Shown here piece after piece: positions 29,768 to 38,362 of a stretch of 46,967 nt of DNA. This DNA is from a virus (lineage: Duplodnaviria; Caudoviricetes): IMG/VR virus record IMGVR_UViG_3300014050_002573, positions 1 through 46,967 of that record; one strand, given 5' to 3'. Position 1 is the first letter of the stretch, and the number at the start of each line of letters is the position of its first letter. A program made the translations under genes and the position numbers. The notes under the pieces are model-generated. The model did no database searches, was not told the origin of the DNA, and saw only the letters and a program-made list of their open reading frames with translations.

Positions 29768-30081
29768 TATGTTGTCACCACCACAATTGATGCAGAGTCG
29801 CTATTTAGGATGCTTGCCCCGATTACAACTTGTGTTGTTGACACTGAACTAACAAAAACGTTGAATGAGTCATTAAGCGCAGTTGCAATAACAGTTGGAA
29901 CAGTTGAATATGAATTTGTGAATGTGTAAGTCACTGTATTGCTTCCTGCAAAATTAACAACGGCACTTTCTAAAACAAACTCTTCATTAGTAAAATAAGC
30001 ATAACGAGGTTGAGCTCTAACATACGGGTACACTTTCGTGAACCTATTAAGATTTCTGGATGTTAGTTTGACTCTTCCCAT
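29767..30081 (-). CDS. Small virion protein with an H-type-lectin-like C-terminus
   Basis: TYTFTNSYSTVPTVIAT...VSSVSTT pattern. Confidence 0.55.
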   Translation of the reverse strand: MGRVKLTSRNLNRFTKVYPYVRAQPRYAYFTNEEFVLESAVVNFAGSNTVTYTFTNSYSTVPTVIATALNDSFNVFVSSVSTTQVVIGASILNSDSASIVVVTT

Positions 30082-30110
30082 ATAGCATTCCCTGCAAGGA
30101 TAACTATCTC

Positions 30111-31409
30111 TTACAAGACCTGCGATGCCAAGGTAGCCAACTCTGATCTCTCACCCTTCATTAGGGTAATGTGAGCTGCAATGTCATATTTCTTGAACTT
30201 TTCAACAATAACTGTCAAACCATTTGATAGGCTGTCAAGATAAGGAGTATCAATCTGGTCGGTGTCGCCTAGCAGGACGATCTTAGATCCCTCACCAATT
30301 CTTGTGATGATCGTCTTTAGCTCGTGGATGGTAGAGTTCTGTGCTTCATCAACAATTAAGAATGTATTATTAAATGTCCTGCCGCGTATGAAGGCAAGAG
30401 GTGATACCTCGATCTGGCCCTTCTGGCGCATCATCTCAAAATATGTCGAATCCTTAAAAGCAACTCTAAAGTTGTCAAGAATTGGTGACAACCAGGGGCT
30501 CATCTTATCATCTATGTCACCTGGTAAAAATCCAATCTCTTTGCCGACTGTCTGGAGAGATCGAGTGATGACGATTCGATCATACCTCTTATCTTGAATT
30601 CCTGACATGCCTGCCATCAGCGTAAGGAAAGTCTTACCTGAACCTGCTAGACCTGTCATAGATACAAGCTTGACATCATCTCTTGTCAGTGCGTCAATGG
30701 CAAACTTTTGCTCCTTATTACGAGGAGTAATGCCGATTGTTTTGGTCAGATTATTGATGAGAGGAACAACATTTCCGTCACGATGGACACCAATTAGAGA
30801 CTGATTTCCGTATTTAACTGTAACATACTGATTACTGTTTAAGTCAAAATCAAGGTGATCTGTAGATATACTGCCATCATCATAAAAATGATTGATTACA
30901 GAGGGAGAAATTGCCTCAACTTCTGCCTGTCCCGAATAGATTTCGCTCTTATCATGAACGATTCGATCTTTGTAGTAATCTTCTGAATAGATTCCTAGAG
31001 AGTCACACTTTACTCTAAAATTGATGTCCTTAGTGACCATCACAACTGGCTGATCTGATGCAGCTTTTAAAGCAAGCGCTGCTGCAATGATCCGATTGTC
31101 GCCAGTGTTACCATCAAGACTTGCAGGAATTTCGTGTATGTCTATTTCTACACGGATTGTCTGGTCATGATTGATCGTTACGCCGTCGTGAAGTGATCCA
31201 ACATTTCTTAGGTCATCAAGATAACGATTAACATAACGAGCATACTCACCAAGCAGACCGGGTTTATCCTTAAACCGATCAAGCTCATCAAGGACGATGA
31301 GTGGAATGACAACATCGTTACCTGGAAATGAGTGAATTGAGCACTTATCATACAGAAGAACTGATGTATCAATTATAAATGTCTTCCTACCCGTGCTTGA
31401 CTTAGTCAT
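30111..31409 (-). CDS. phoH: PIN-domain + PhoH ATPase (PhoH2/YlaK-type)
   Basis: IIDTSVLL, ELD, D..I, VTKD.N.R (PIN); GLAGSGKT, IGFLPGD, FIRGRT, VDEAQN, GD..QID (PhoH). Confidence 0.93.
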   Translation of the reverse strand: MTKSSTGRKTFIIDTSVLLYDKCSIHSFPGNDVVIPLIVLDELDRFKDKPGLLGEYARYVNRYLDDLRNVGSLHDGVTINHDQTIRVEIDIHEIPASLDGNTGDNRIIAAALALKAASDQPVVMVTKDINFRVKCDSLGIYSEDYYKDRIVHDKSEIYSGQAEVEAISPSVINHFYDDGSISTDHLDFDLNSNQYVTVKYGNQSLIGVHRDGNVVPLINNLTKTIGITPRNKEQKFAIDALTRDDVKLVSMTGLAGSGKTFLTLMAGMSGIQDKRYDRIVITRSLQTVGKEIGFLPGDIDDKMSPWLSPILDNFRVAFKDSTYFEMMRQKGQIEVSPLAFIRGRTFNNTFLIVDEAQNSTIHELKTIITRIGEGSKIVLLGDTDQIDTPYLDSLSNGLTVIVEKFKKYDIAAHITLMKGERSELATLASQVL

Positions 31410-31448
31410 TATTCCTCGCTATAGTAAAAGAACAGCGTTTTTGATACT

Positions 31449-31469
31449 ATTATACAGAGAGGTTCAAAT
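31449..31469 (-). promoter_or_regulatory. Extended -10 sigma70-type promoter upstream of phoH
   Basis: Minus strand ATTTGAACCTCTCTGTATAAT; nearly the same as ATTTGCATTTCTCTGTATAAT at 34236..34256. Confidence 0.55.
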
Positions 31470-31475
31470 AAACAT

Positions 31476-31697
31476 ATGAAATGCTTCGAATTGCACGAAA
31501 GCTGCAAAAAAGATTGCGCAAACAAGACATGCAAGCTCTGGATAAATTCAAGCGAGTATCAAAATTGCACTTTAGTGGCTTCAAAGCGCGGACCGCTATC
31601 CTTACAACAGATAGGTGATATTTTAGGCGTTACTCGAATGAGAATTTGTCAAATTGAGAAGAAAGTCATAGAGAAACTTGCTGAGCATATTCTTTAA
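31476..31697 (+). CDS. Stand-alone sigma-70 region 4 HTH protein with a Cys-rich N-terminus
   Basis: LSLQQIGDILGVTRMRICQIEKK matches the sigma 4.2 consensus TLEEVG..F.VTRERIRQIE. Confidence 0.82.
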   Translation: MKCFELHESCKKDCANKTCKLWINSSEYQNCTLVASKRGPLSLQQIGDILGVTRMRICQIEKKVIEKLAEHIL

Positions 31698-31718
31698 ATT
31701 CAAGCTTTCAAATAGCAA

Positions 31719-31743
31719 GAAACCCGCCAAATTGGCGGGTTTC
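31719..31743. terminator. Bidirectional intrinsic terminator between convergent genes
   Basis: GAAACCCGCC-AAATT-GGCGGGTTTC perfect stem. Confidence 0.8.
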
Positions 31744-31759
31744 AATGTTTAGAGTGAAA

Positions 31760-31957
31760 TCACTCAGTCTCTGTAGTGTCACCAGAAGATGCAAGTGATG
31801 TGCGGATGAGATCAGCTGCACTATTCTTGACAAGGCGGAGGCCCTTACGAGCTCTAACACCTGCAGACTTGTTGCCGTTGAGGCTCTTGCGAATATCAAC
31901 CTCGAGGCTCTCAACTAGGACCTTAAGCTGGTCCCACTGGTCACTTAGATTTGCCAT
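31760..31957 (-). CDS. Histone H1-like nucleoid protein, Hc1 family
   Basis: GNKSAGVRARK signature; AAGGAG RBS before the ATG at 31957. Confidence 0.78.
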   Translation of the reverse strand: MANLSDQWDQLKVLVESLEVDIRKSLNGNKSAGVRARKGLRLVKNSAADLIRTSLASSGDTTETE

Positions 31958-31967
31958 TTTTTCTCCT

Positions 31968-32201
31968 TTATTGAATAATTGCGTCAGTTTTCTTCTCTTC
32001 AAAGACGTCGCCGCGGTATCCCTTGATCACCTCGGCAAAGTCACTGATTAAATCTCTATCTTCTAGCTCTAGAGACAATAAATGAATTATTTGCAGTCTT
32101 TCAAAGTCGTTAATGCCAAAATTATTGATCTCTGTGACGATCTCCCTGCATTTTGTGAGTGATCTAGTCTTCTTATCAATTTCAGTTTGACCTATCTTCA
32201 C
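31968..32201 (-). CDS. Hypothetical protein
   Basis: ORF within a tightly packed run of genes. Confidence 0.6.
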   Translation of the reverse strand: MKIGQTEIDKKTRSLTKCREIVTEINNFGINDFERLQIIHLLSLELEDRDLISDFAEVIKGYRGDVFEEKKTDAIIQ

Positions 32202-32203
32202 GT

Positions 32204-32674
32204 CTATGGCTCCAAAATATCATTTCTTGTTACAGTTTTGATCTTTACCTTGCCTTTCTCATCAACAGATAACATCTTCACTTGAGTTAAACCACTTACT
32301 TCTTCCTTAGCAATTGGAACCTCAAAGCCTCCCAAGCTATTCTCTAGGAGAAAAGCAACATTTTCCCATGTTGCCATGTCACTGTTTGCTTTTTCTAGAA
32401 AAGATGCAATCTGATCTGGTAAAGCTTCACGAACTTCATCAATTCTTGTAACAGCATTTGAAAATTCAAGTCCTGCAACAATCTCAGACTTACAGACGTC
32501 TGTAATCTTGTGGATAATTGAGCAGTTATTACATTGGACAAATTTTGGTTCTACTACATCGTCTTCGATGATAGAGAATACCACAAACTTGTGGTAAATT
32601 GGGTTCTCCATCTTCCTATATTGTGGAAGAATGCAGTGACACTCAATTAAGTGCTTAATACCTTCAGTGGCCAC
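32204..32674 (-). CDS. Hypothetical protein, probable zinc ribbon
   Basis: CHC ... CNNC..H ... C. Confidence 0.65.
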   Translation of the reverse strand: MATEGIKHLIECHCILPQYRKMENPIYHKFVVFSIIEDDVVEPKFVQCNNCSIIHKITDVCKSEIVAGLEFSNAVTRIDEVREALPDQIASFLEKANSDMATWENVAFLLENSLGGFEVPIAKEEVSGLTQVKMLSVDEKGKVKIKTVTRNDILEP

Positions 32675-32903
32675 GGACCTCTCTCAGTGCACGCTTGGTT
32701 CCCTCGATCTGCCCGTGTGCTTTTGATACAGCTTGCTCAATTGAAGATGCAGCAATGCTTATAACTTTGCGAAGTTCGGCATCATCAATCTTGACTATAC
32801 CTTTCTGCTTTGCCTCTGCAACATTTGTTGTCACAACATCTCTAATAAATGATGAAAGTGTCACAACAAGATTATTGATCTCTTTGTCGGCATCGGTAGC
32901 CAT
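32664..32903 (-). CDS. Hypothetical helical protein
   Basis: AGGAG RBS; overlaps the next gene. Confidence 0.65.
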   Translation of the reverse strand: MATDADKEINNLVVTLSSFIRDVVTTNVAEAKQKGIVKIDDAELRKVISIAASSIEQAVSKAHGQIEGTKRALREVRGH

Positions 32904-32948
32904 CTCTATCTCCTAGATAAAACATTAACGCCAGGTGGAAAAAGTAAA

Positions 32949-34226
32949 TCACTCTTCTAAAAGAATTAACCCAGTGTTCGATAGCACTGATACGAATGAT
33001 CGATAGGCGTCGATTGCAACCTTGATGCTGTGAACGGGGCGATAAAGATCATCTTTACTCAAGAAAGTCAGCACATCTGCATTCATTAGGATACCACTTG
33101 CAACGCCATCACGAACTTCTCTCAGTGTTTTGTCGATCTGCTCAATAATGTTTCTCTGTTTCATAATCAAGTCATTTCCAACTTTAATTAGAATTTTCCT
33201 ACCAGACATCGCTTTGTGACGCTTTCTAATTAGATCTGTCACATCATCATCATTGATCTGGTTCATTTTCTCAATTAAGCTGTCTCTATGCCTCTTAATT
33301 CTATCGCTTCTATCATTCTCAATGAGAAGTGCACCGCGACTGATGCTTACCTTCCTAACCTTTGATGCTTTCTTGTAGATATGTGCCGTGATAATATCAC
33401 CCATCTCTGGTGACACAACTTCACACTCTGTTACAACCTTTAAATCCTCGAAGATGTGTGCTGTTTTCTCACTGTACGGTGCGGTGCATAGGATGACGTC
33501 GGTCGTCTGCCTTAAAAAATTTGTGCTGCACACATTCTTAACTTCTTCAGTTGCTTCTCTACAAATGATGATGTAGGGTTCTTTATCAGCATTTGATTTT
33601 TGAAGGATGTGCTCAACATGGATTGACTTTTCTATGACACCATCAACCAGAATGATGTTGACCTGGTTCTTTGACCAAGGCTTGACAGTGTAGTAGAGCG
33701 GTTCAATCTTAATATCACTAAATGTGCAGCCCAATTCTGTTGTAATTGATGTTTTAACATCATAAGCTCTCACAACTTCAACAATGTCATCACGTGATGA
33801 CAAACTTAGTGCTTCTTTAAGAACTTCTACTGTATCTTTTGTGCTTCTTTTGTCAATTAAGCTAAAAATCTCTGATCTAGTAGGCCTTATCTTGGCCATC
33901 TTTGCAATTTGCTGTTCAGTTTTATTCCAATCTATTTTGGACAGAATAGCATTACCTTCATGATTAAAATGCATTTCACATAGTTTCAAGAAAATCTCTG
34001 CCGATCCCGCAGATTTACCCTCTGCTTCATAGAGATTTCTCTTCATCATTGGTTTGACAATTCTCTCAAAGATCTCACTCTTACTTTTATTTAAAAAGAA
34101 CTTTTGAATGAGATCGTCAAATTGTTGATCACCAATAGCAAGAGGGCCCGCGTGGTGGGCATTGAAAATATCCACCAGCGAGCTTCTTGTTTCTCTCTCG
34201 AGCGTGTTGGGTTGTCTAATTTGCAT
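32949..34226 (-). CDS. Highly divergent chaperonin (GroEL/Cpn60-like)
   Basis: IILVDGVI...EPYIIICRE...N...VI...AP...FEDLKVVT..EVVS.EMG aligns by eye to the GroEL apical domain; later R...MSG....IKVG. Confidence 0.7.
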   Translation of the reverse strand: MQIRQPNTLERETRSSLVDIFNAHHAGPLAIGDQQFDDLIQKFFLNKSKSEIFERIVKPMMKRNLYEAEGKSAGSAEIFLKLCEMHFNHEGNAILSKIDWNKTEQQIAKMAKIRPTRSEIFSLIDKRSTKDTVEVLKEALSLSSRDDIVEVVRAYDVKTSITTELGCTFSDIKIEPLYYTVKPWSKNQVNIILVDGVIEKSIHVEHILQKSNADKEPYIIICREATEEVKNVCSTNFLRQTTDVILCTAPYSEKTAHIFEDLKVVTECEVVSPEMGDIITAHIYKKASKVRKVSISRGALLIENDRSDRIKRHRDSLIEKMNQINDDDVTDLIRKRHKAMSGRKILIKVGNDLIMKQRNIIEQIDKTLREVRDGVASGILMNADVLTFLSKDDLYRPVHSIKVAIDAYRSFVSVLSNTGLILLEE

Positions 34227-34256
34227 TTCTGTCTGATTATACAGAGAAATGCAAAT
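34219..34256 (-). promoter_or_regulatory. 12-bp inverted repeat with TATAAT in the loop and the start codon in the 3' arm
   Basis: ATTTGCATTTCT (34219-34230) / AGAAATGCAAAT (34245-34256). Confidence 0.6.
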
Positions 34257-34258
34257 GT

Positions 34259-35053
34259 TTACTTACTATCTATTGTTAGCAATTTCCTTTCTTCTCTTTT
34301 TCTAGCCCACGCATCACGCATCTTCTGCTTTGCTTCTTCTGATTGCTTTCTACCTCTTAACTTTTGTGCTCTACGTTCTTTGACTTCTTCTGTTTGTGGA
34401 CCTCGTTTAATACCCATTAGTGCTTCTGATTGCTTCTTTCTAGTCTCTTCTGTTACAATTCTTCCTTTTCCAGCATTTGAAATTTTTTGTCTAGTTTCAT
34501 CAGTTATAGGCTTATTTCTTAATTTTTCTTTATGCTCTTCAGAAAGAGTTTTGCCCTTGTGTGCTAAAGACAGTTTCCTTTTATGTTCTTCAGACTTAGG
34601 ACCCGTATTTTTTCCTATCATTGAATTTGACATTCTTTGTAGAGTTTCTTCAGAATGAGGCGGTGGCTTCTTTCCTAAATTTGCTTCGCGTAACTTTTGC
34701 TTGTGATCATCAGAGAGAGTTTTACCACGAAATGCAGAACCTATTTTATTTTTAGTTGCTTGAGAATGAGAAAAATGATCACCACCTGTTGTTAGATTAT
34801 AGCCATTCTCAAAAGAATCATAATGTTTTATCCAAAACATCTCTCTTTCATTTGATTCATGATCATTACATTCTTCAATAACCTCAAATAAGAAGTTTTC
34901 TTCTCCATGCTTTCTAATTGAATAATAAAGTATTCCTTTATGACCATCTTGAACATTTTTCATATGTTCATATTTTCTTTTTGTAGGATTATTTGTTTGA
35001 CCAACATACACTTTATTGTTCAATAAATTCTTAAAAATATAGATGTATCGCAT
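34259..35053 (-). mobile_element. Free-standing GIY-YIG homing endonuclease gene with tandem NUMOD3 repeats
   Basis: YIY...VYVGQT..R..EH, E..WI, NGYN; repeated GK..SEE.K.K.S/R units; AT-rich compared with the neighbouring prkA. Confidence 0.88.
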
Positions 35054-35076
35054 ACTTTAAATATACGATACATCTA
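35040..35076 (-). promoter_or_regulatory. Start-codon-sequestering hairpin with an internal promoter motif
   Basis: Minus strand TAGATGTATCG-TATATTTAAAGTATG-CGATACATCTA, an 11-bp perfect stem. Confidence 0.65.
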
Positions 35077-35108
35077 GAAGAGTTAAAGAATACTCTAACT
35101 AATTTGGG

Positions 35109-37034
35109 CTAAGAATCTCTCCAGAGATTGTTTGCAGCAAACATGATCGTCTCCTCAGCAGACTCAGGTGTGTAAACGTAGTCCTTAACCATGGTCTCAA
35201 CCATGTCTGAGTACTTCTTCTGTTGCTCGTTGTCACGGCTCTTAGACTTAGTCACGATGCGTGCCATGTCCTTCACTGAGGCGATGAGATAGCTCTCGAT
35301 TGCTTCCTTGAGTGGTTCATATGACTTGTAATCGACCTTCTGGCCGCGGCGCATCTTAGTGAACATGTAAGCGGTGACGTCAGAACGGAAGCCATCACGT
35401 GCAGAACCGACGATACCGATCTGCTCCTCGATTGCCTTCATGAACTTCTCATCGGGTTCACGCTCCTCATTTGTGACGCGGTCCTTCATCTTCTGCTTAG
35501 TGGTATAAGCCTCAGCATTGTCCATGTAGTTGTCGAAGAGCGACTGTGCCTGCTCCTCGTAGGCGGTGACGAAGGCCTTGGCAATCTCGCTCTCGAGCAT
35601 CTTAAGGTATTCCTCACGGATTGACTTCTGGAGGAGCTCGAGGTATGTCTTGCGCTTCTCCTCATCAACAACCTGCTCCTTCACCTGCTTGATAAGTGCA
35701 TCAATGACACGCATTGGCGTGATGAAGCTCTTGTCAGAGTCAGTCAGAGCGGAGTCGATAGCCTTGGTGATGAAGCGGGTTGAGATACCGTCCATTCCCT
35801 CGTGGCGAACCTCCTCACGTAGATCCTTGATATCGACCTTACGAACCTTACCCTTCTCAATAACTTCCTCACCATTGTAGATCTTCATCTTGGTCATGAT
35901 GTCAACCTTCTGTGAAGGCTTAAGTCTGCTCATGACTGAGAACATCGCTGCGACCTTGATCGTGTGAGGTGCGAGATGTGCCTTGAAGTCAGAACGACGA
36001 AGCATCTTCTCGTAGATCTTGATCTCCTGGTTGAGCTCGAGGACGTATGGCACCTCGATCTTCACAATACGGTCAAGGACTGCCTCATTGGTGTGCTCAG
36101 ACTTGAAGCGGTTCCACTCAGCCTCGTTACAGTGAGAGAGGATAACACCATCGAAGTAGAGCATTCCGTTCTTGCCAGGAGTTGGAACGTTCTTCTCCTG
36201 TGTGGCGGTGAGGATCGTGTGCAGGAACTCAATCTCGTTCTTGAAGATCTCAACGAACTCTACAACACCGCGGTTACCCACGTTGAATGCGCCATCGAGG
36301 TTAAGGACGCGAGGATCCGACTCGCTGAACTTGTCGAGCTTCGAGATATCCTCAGAGCCGATGAGTGCAGAGACGTCCTGGGAGTTGGCATCCATTGGAG
36401 GAACAACAGCAATTCCGCGGCGTCCGCGCTGAGAGAAGCCGCTGCGCACAACTGGGAACTTCTCATACTCTCCGCCGAACTCATTGAGAAGACGGTGGCG
36501 GCAGACAGGGCAGAGGTCACCCTCGATCTGGACACCGAGGAGCTTCTCAAACTGGTCACGCAGTGAACGTGGCAGGAGGTGAAGTGGTTCCTCACGTACT
36601 GGGCAGCCGTCAAGATGGAAGATAGGCTCTGCTGCCTTCTCAAGTGACTTCTTGACAGCATCTGCAAGAGCACTCTTACCAGAACCAACAGGACCCATGA
36701 GAAGGAGGACCTGCCGGCTCTCCTCGCCCTTTAGAGCTGCTGACTTCAAGAAGCGCATGATCTTGGCGATGACACGCTCGTGTCCGTAGAAATCTTCCTT
36801 GAAGTAGTTGTACGTCTTCAGCTTGTCGCCATCGAACAGCTTGCGGCATCGAGGATCTGCATCTGACATTGGCTCAACGCCATATGACTCAACAGCGTCT
36901 GCAATTCTCTTGTGTGCCAGCTTAACGTGGCTTGGATTTTTCTGGATCTCACTCAAGTAGTCGAGAAATGTACCATTCCAGGACTCCTTCTGTGCACCAG
37001 ACCTTTGTTTTTGAATAATCTTAAGAAAGTCCAT
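35109..37034 (-). CDS. prkA: PrkA/YeaG family AAA+ serine protein kinase
   Basis: GEESRQVLLLMGPVGSGKS Walker A, CPVREEPL, NRGVVEFVEIFK, HCNE.EW, DRI, GMDGISTRF; ATG at 37034 preceded by AGGAG. Confidence 0.93.
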   Translation of the reverse strand: MDFLKIIQKQRSGAQKESWNGTFLDYLSEIQKNPSHVKLAHKRIADAVESYGVEPMSDADPRCRKLFDGDKLKTYNYFKEDFYGHERVIAKIMRFLKSAALKGEESRQVLLLMGPVGSGKSALADAVKKSLEKAAEPIFHLDGCPVREEPLHLLPRSLRDQFEKLLGVQIEGDLCPVCRHRLLNEFGGEYEKFPVVRSGFSQRGRRGIAVVPPMDANSQDVSALIGSEDISKLDKFSESDPRVLNLDGAFNVGNRGVVEFVEIFKNEIEFLHTILTATQEKNVPTPGKNGMLYFDGVILSHCNEAEWNRFKSEHTNEAVLDRIVKIEVPYVLELNQEIKIYEKMLRRSDFKAHLAPHTIKVAAMFSVMSRLKPSQKVDIMTKMKIYNGEEVIEKGKVRKVDIKDLREEVRHEGMDGISTRFITKAIDSALTDSDKSFITPMRVIDALIKQVKEQVVDEEKRKTYLELLQKSIREEYLKMLESEIAKAFVTAYEEQAQSLFDNYMDNAEAYTTKQKMKDRVTNEEREPDEKFMKAIEEQIGIVGSARDGFRSDVTAYMFTKMRRGQKVDYKSYEPLKEAIESYLIASVKDMARIVTKSKSRDNEQQKKYSDMVETMVKDYVYTPESAEETIMFAANNLWRDS

Positions 37035-37045
37035 CTTCTCTCCTA

Positions 37046-38362
37046 TTATGAAATCTCGAAATGTTCGCCTTCTAACAAAGTAAACAGCTTGATGGGACCC
37101 TTCCACATCTTACTGATGTGCTTAACACAGTTTTCTGCATAATTTAACTCTAGATCTCTGCCATCATGCTCGTGCTTAAGAATTAGTGTATCTTTGACAA
37201 CATCGTCAACATATATGATAGGAATTCCATTCCCACCAATTGATTTTAAGAGTGCGCTGCGGATCTCAGGCCAACCCTCATCATCAACGACGTCGTCGAC
37301 TGACCAATCAGGATTTTTTCTCCCTTTTGGACTGTATGTGAACATATTGAGCTCACGTGCATGATCTTCCTTGAGGTGTTCCATGATGAATGACTCATCA
37401 TTGTGGATCTCTCTGGCAAAGAAACACTCCTCAATTCCTTTTGCTTCTTCGATCTTCTTAAAGATCTCAAAACCAAGATGATATGGATTGATTCGACCGC
37501 CCCAGGGACGTAGAACTTGATTATGTGACTTCATGAATGGAATGTGTAAGCTATCTGGCAGTTCAAGCTCATGGCAGATCCTATAGTGCCAAAATGATGC
37601 CCATCCCTCATTCATGATCTTGGTTCTGATCTGTGGCATGAAGTACAACGACTCTTCGTGAACAATATTGATTATATCACGCTCCCAGTTGTCAAGCTTC
37701 TTACTATTTTCAGTAATGAAGAGCATGACATCATGCTCAGGCTCGAGCGGAAGTTTGTCAATATTGAAATCTTTGTACTTGCCATCCTTATCGTTCTTGA
37801 TGCGTCCAATGTAGTCAAGCCGAAGCTCTTTCTCTGACTTGCGCATACGACCGCGTCGATCTATTTGATACTGGATGGCATGACATGAGTCAATTAAGTC
37901 CTCAACTTTATCAATACCAATAGTTGGGTCCTCAATGTAGCTCTGTATGCGCTGTCTAGCGCTCCTAAAACGTCTTGATACATTTATTGCATCAGTGTCT
38001 CTAAAAGTCCTGTTATTCTTGAAGAAGTCTGAGTGACCGACACAGTGGGCCATGATGAGAACCTGCAAGTAGAGGGGGTTCTCCTTCATCAAATAAGCGA
38101 TAGATGGGTCCGAATTGATGATGAGCTCGTAAGGCAGGCCTTCGAGACCCATGTTGTACATGTTGTGGGTGCGTTCAAATGACTTTCCATACGACCAGTG
38201 AGGAAAGTGAGACGGCATACCGTGGTAGGCCATTGCACCAATCATCTCGTGGTAGTCAATTGTTTCATAAGCAATTTCATACCAGTCAAGACCATGATTT
38301 TTAGCAATCTGAACGATCTTTTCATCCCACGACTGCAATTCTTCAAAAGTCCAATCAGACAT
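37046..38362 (-). CDS. spoVR: SpoVR/YcgB family protein
   Basis: HWSYGK, YELIINSDP.IAYL, MAHCVGHSDFFKNN, TKIMNEGWASFWH, NPYHLG. Confidence 0.93.
   Translation of the reverse strand: MSDWTFEELQSWDEKIVQIAKNHGLDWYEIAYETIDYHEMIGAMAYHGMPSHFPHWSYGKSFERTHNMYNMGLEGLPYELIINSDPSIAYLMKENPLYLQVLIMAHCVGHSDFFKNNRTFRDTDAINVSRRFRSARQRIQSYIEDPTIGIDKVEDLIDSCHAIQYQIDRRGRMRKSEKELRLDYIGRIKNDKDGKYKDFNIDKLPLEPEHDVMLFITENSKKLDNWERDIINIVHEESLYFMPQIRTKIMNEGWASFWHYRICHELELPDSLHIPFMKSHNQVLRPWGGRINPYHLGFEIFKKIEEAKGIEECFFAREIHNDESFIMEHLKEDHARELNMFTYSPKGRKNPDWSVDDVVDDEGWPEIRSALLKSIGGNGIPIIYVDDVVKDTLILKHEHDGRDLELNYAENCVKHISKMWKGPIKLFTLLEGEHFEIS

Noticed and set aside
34219-34256. CIRCE operator before the GroEL-like gene
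   Set aside because: The inverted repeat does not match TTAGCACTC-N9-GAGTGCTAA
34259-35108. Group I intron hosting the GIY-YIG ORF
   Set aside because: Both flanking genes look complete, and the spacers (about 30 and 55 nt) are too short for a ribozyme core
37035-37106. N-terminal extension of PrkA given by the ORF track (likewise for 43247, 43960, 44680 and 32002)
   Set aside because: Downstream ATGs have a better RBS or begin at the conserved leader; the extensions overlap neighbouring genes or promoter motifs
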